A stretch of 63,727 nt of DNA, counting the filler, from Chiloscyllium plagiosum (Eukaryota), in assembly GCF_004010195.1 (NCBI RefSeq). It is 4 parts of one record of this genome, joined end to end, with 100 filler letters (N's around TTAATTAATTAA, not from the genome) between each part and the next. Parts side by side here need not be neighbours in the genome. Positions count along the whole stretch, not along the records: positions 60,939 to 63,727 come from NC_057713.1; 3 more parts are not named here. One strand, 5' to 3'. The position numbers and the translations under genes were made by a program. Shown piece after piece: positions 60,939 through 63,727 of the stretch. The notes beneath the pieces were generated by a model. That model had not been told where the DNA came from, searched no databases, and saw only the letters and a program-made list of their open reading frames with translations. Numbering within the stretch: position 1 is the stretch's first letter; every line of letters starts with the position of its first letter.

Positions 60939-61586
60939 GAAGAAGGTGTTTGGTATGCTTTCCTTTATTGGTCAGGGTATTGAGCACAGGAGTTGGGAGG
61001 TCATGTTGTGGCTGTACAGGTCATTGGTTAGGCCTCTGTTGGAATATTGCGTGCAATTCTGGTCTCCTTCCTATCGGAAAGATGTTGTGAAACTTGAAAG
61101 GGTTCAGAAAGATTTATAAGGATGTTGCCAGGATTGGAGGATCTGAGCTACAGGGAGAGGCTGAACAGGCTGGGGCTATTTTCCCTGGAGCATCGGAGGC
61201 TGAGGGGTGACCTTATAGAGGTTCACAAAATTATGAGGGGCATGGATAGATAAATAGACAAAGTATTTTCCCTGTGGTGGGGAGTCCAGAACTAGAGGGC
61301 ATAGGTTTAGGGTGAGAGGGAAAAGATATAAAAGAGACCAAAGGGGCAACTTTTTCACGCAGAGGGTGGTACGTGTATGGAATGAGCTGCCAGATGATGT
61401 GGTGGAGGCTGGTACAATTGCAATATTTAAGAGGCATTTGGATGGGTACATGAATAGGAAGTGTTTGGAGGGATATGGGCCGGGCGCTGGCAGGTGGGGC
61501 TAGGTTGGGTTGGGATATCTGGTCGACATGGATGGGTTGGACCGAAGGGTCTGTTTCCATGCTGTACATCTCTACGACTCTATGAC
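60939..61586 (+). mobile_element. CR1 (HER1-type) LINE 3' end
   Basis: Near reverse complement of 47617-48216. Confidence 0.93.
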
Positions 61587-61587
61587 A

Positions 61588-62045
61588 ACCTGACTCCCCA
61601 AAGGTTATCCACCATCTACATTGCAAATCAGGAATGTGAAGGAATATTTGCCACTTGTCTGAAGAGGAAGACACCACTCCAGACGTTCAGCACCATTCAG
61701 GACAAACAGCCTACTTGAATCTCACCTCAAGTTTTCCATAAAACATTCACTCTCACCACCACCGTGCTGAGTGGCAGAAATGGTACTCTGCACTGTTGGA
61801 GCTCACCAAAGCTCCTGAGACAATATTTCCCAAACCTGCTACCTCTGCCACACAGAAGGACAAGAGCAGCAGATACTAACACAACAACAGCACCTACAAG
61901 TTTTCTCCCAAACCACTCATCATCCAGAATTGGAAGTACATCATAACTCTTCGACTGTGGCTGGGTCAAAAACCTGGATCTAATTCAGTCACAGTATTGT
62001 TACAGTACCTTACACCACAATGACTGTTGTGATTCAAGATTCTGT
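61588..62045 (+). mobile_element. Decayed CR1-group (second family) 3' fragment
   Basis: cctgactccccaaagg..tccaccatctaca..caccattcaggacaaa..gctcaccaaagctcc is homologous to 9800-10250 (-). Confidence 0.7.
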
Positions 62046-62736
62046 TTGACTGAGGTATTGCCAAGGTGAATGCACTTGAGAACAAATAGCCCTGTGCTTT
62101 TGTTTAATTCTAATATATCACCTAAATATACTTCTTTCCTGTCGAGGACAGGCGTCTGCATTTGGGAAGCTTCTAGTGTATGTAAAAGAGGTACATTGTG
62201 AGCCATACTGACAATCTTGAACTGGTTTTAATGTTTGATTTTCTCAGAGGTGATAACTTAAATTGTTTTCAAAAAGATCATTTATATTTTAAGACATTGC
62301 CTGATTGTAGTGAACATGCCAGATTTAGTGTTTAACATTAAACAAATGAGTTTGTGTGGAAATCCAAGGAAATTTCCAAATGGGTGTAAGGTTGGTTGTT
62401 CACCAGAATTGACAAGTACATCCAAACCAGAAATCTGGCCCTGCTTAACATGGAGCAAGACTAACTGATCATATATGTTACATTTTTCCACTCACTAATT
62501 CTGAAAGACTTAAATTCATGAGATTCACATTCATGTATGGGGGCAAGAGCCTCACTTAATTGTTCATCTTCAGTGTCCTACAGCTGAAGGGGAAAAATTA
62601 ACAGCAACATCTCTGGTTGTCCCAATTCTTCAAACTTGCCATCAATCATCACCCAGTAAATATTCAATCAGGAACCACAAGATTGGTCATAGTTGTCCAA
62701 GACTTCCACATGTGTTGACAAACCATTGATTCCATT

Positions 62737-63038
62737 TTGATTAGATTCCCTACAGTGTGGAAACAGGCCCTTCGGTCCAACAAGACCACACCGACCCTCC
62801 GAAGAGTAACCCACCCAGACCCATTTCCTCTGACTAACGCACCTAACACTATGGGCAATTTAGTGTGGCCAATTCACCTAAACATGCACATCTTTGGACT
62901 GCGGGAGGATACTGGAGCACCAGGAGGAAACCCACGTAGATACGAGGAGAATGTGCAAACATCACACAGACAGTCACTCGAGATGGGAATTGTCTCTGGC
63001 GCTGCAACAATGCTAACCACCGAGCCACTGTGCCACCC
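62737..63038 (-). mobile_element. HE1-type V-SINE
   Basis: Intact tail ttagattccctacagtgtggaaacaggccc, V-domain and tRNA head. Confidence 0.9.
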
Positions 63039-63473
63039 TAATTGTAAGCCAAGCAACTCTATTATATCAGGTGGGATCTTGATCCCACCAATGTTGCAGC
63101 CGACTCCTCCTCTTCAGTCCCAAGTCTATAAAAGTAAATGGTTCAGTGAGTTTACTGTCCCCATTGCGTCAAATGAAACTCATGAATCAAGGCCTGTAGG
63201 GATTACCAATGTCTCTTAAAATCTCTCATTCTGAAGGATAATCCTTGGTTTTTACCTCTCGGGACTGTCTGATACAATAATCAAACAATGTCAAACACTG
63301 TACCATCTCATTGTTATCACTTATCAGCCCACTTATCTACTTGGCAGAAACTTGATTGTGTCGAGTTTCACCAATGACAGTCATCTTTCAACAAGCTGAT
63401 GGCATCTGTCTGGAAATAGAGACTTTGTTGACTAATGCCACTCTGGTTGAGAATTCACTCACTAAAATGAAAT

Positions 63474-63727
63474 GTGGAGGTGCCAGTGTTGGACTGGGGT
63501 AGACAAAGTTACAAATCAGAGATGGAAATGTGTTGCTGGAAAAGCGCAGCAGGTCAGGCAGCATCTAGGGAACAGGAGAATCGACGTTTCGGGCATAAGC
63601 CTTTCTTCAGGAATGAGGAAAGTTGGTCCAGCAGGCTAAGATAAAAGATAGGGAGGAGGGACTTGGGGGAGGGGCGTCGGAAATGTGATAGGTGGAAAGA
63701 GGTCAAGGTGAGGGTGATAGGTCAGAC
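63474..63727 (-). mobile_element. PLE family B terminus (63474-63518) interrupted by a PLE family A arm (63519 to window end)
   Basis: ggaggtgccagtgttggactgggg..aaagttacaaatca matches 9306-9348; then gaaatgtgttgctggaaaagcgcagc.. with a hammerhead core at 63583-63610. Confidence 0.8.

Noticed and set aside
62050..63470. Possible decayed large coding exon on the minus strand
   Set aside because: Multiple stops, an HE1 interruption and no recognisable homology; it cannot be supported from sequence alone.

Overview
This is repeat-dense vertebrate genomic DNA, most likely from a cartilaginous fish (shark). That inference rests on HE1-type V-SINEs paired with CR1/HER1-type LINEs and a Deu-domain SINE. 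No host protein-coding gene could be identified with confidence, and nearly all ORFs in the track are transposon fragments or their antisense shadows. The window holds many CR1-clade LINE fragments (one long 5'-truncated copy with an SGNH-esterase ORF1), RTE and Rex1/Babar LINE remnants, and a decayed L1-clade LINE. It also holds five HE1 SINEs, three candidate solo LTRs, a Harbinger-type Myb/SANT remnant, and many Penelope-like (PLE) insertions carrying minimal hammerhead-ribozyme cores, most with fold-back architecture and 12-16 bp target duplications. The most notable items are: (1) the 3' half of an endogenous retrovirus (DD35E integrase, env-less ~1 kb 3' region with small ORFs, PPT and a well-formed LTR) nested in L1, which is nested in CR1; (2) a ~21-copy tandem array of the CR1 3'-terminal 44 bp; (3) several 130-170 bp local templated duplications at retroposon 3' ends. 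There are five assembly gaps. Family names come from motif recognition, not database searches, and boundaries of decayed elements are approximate.
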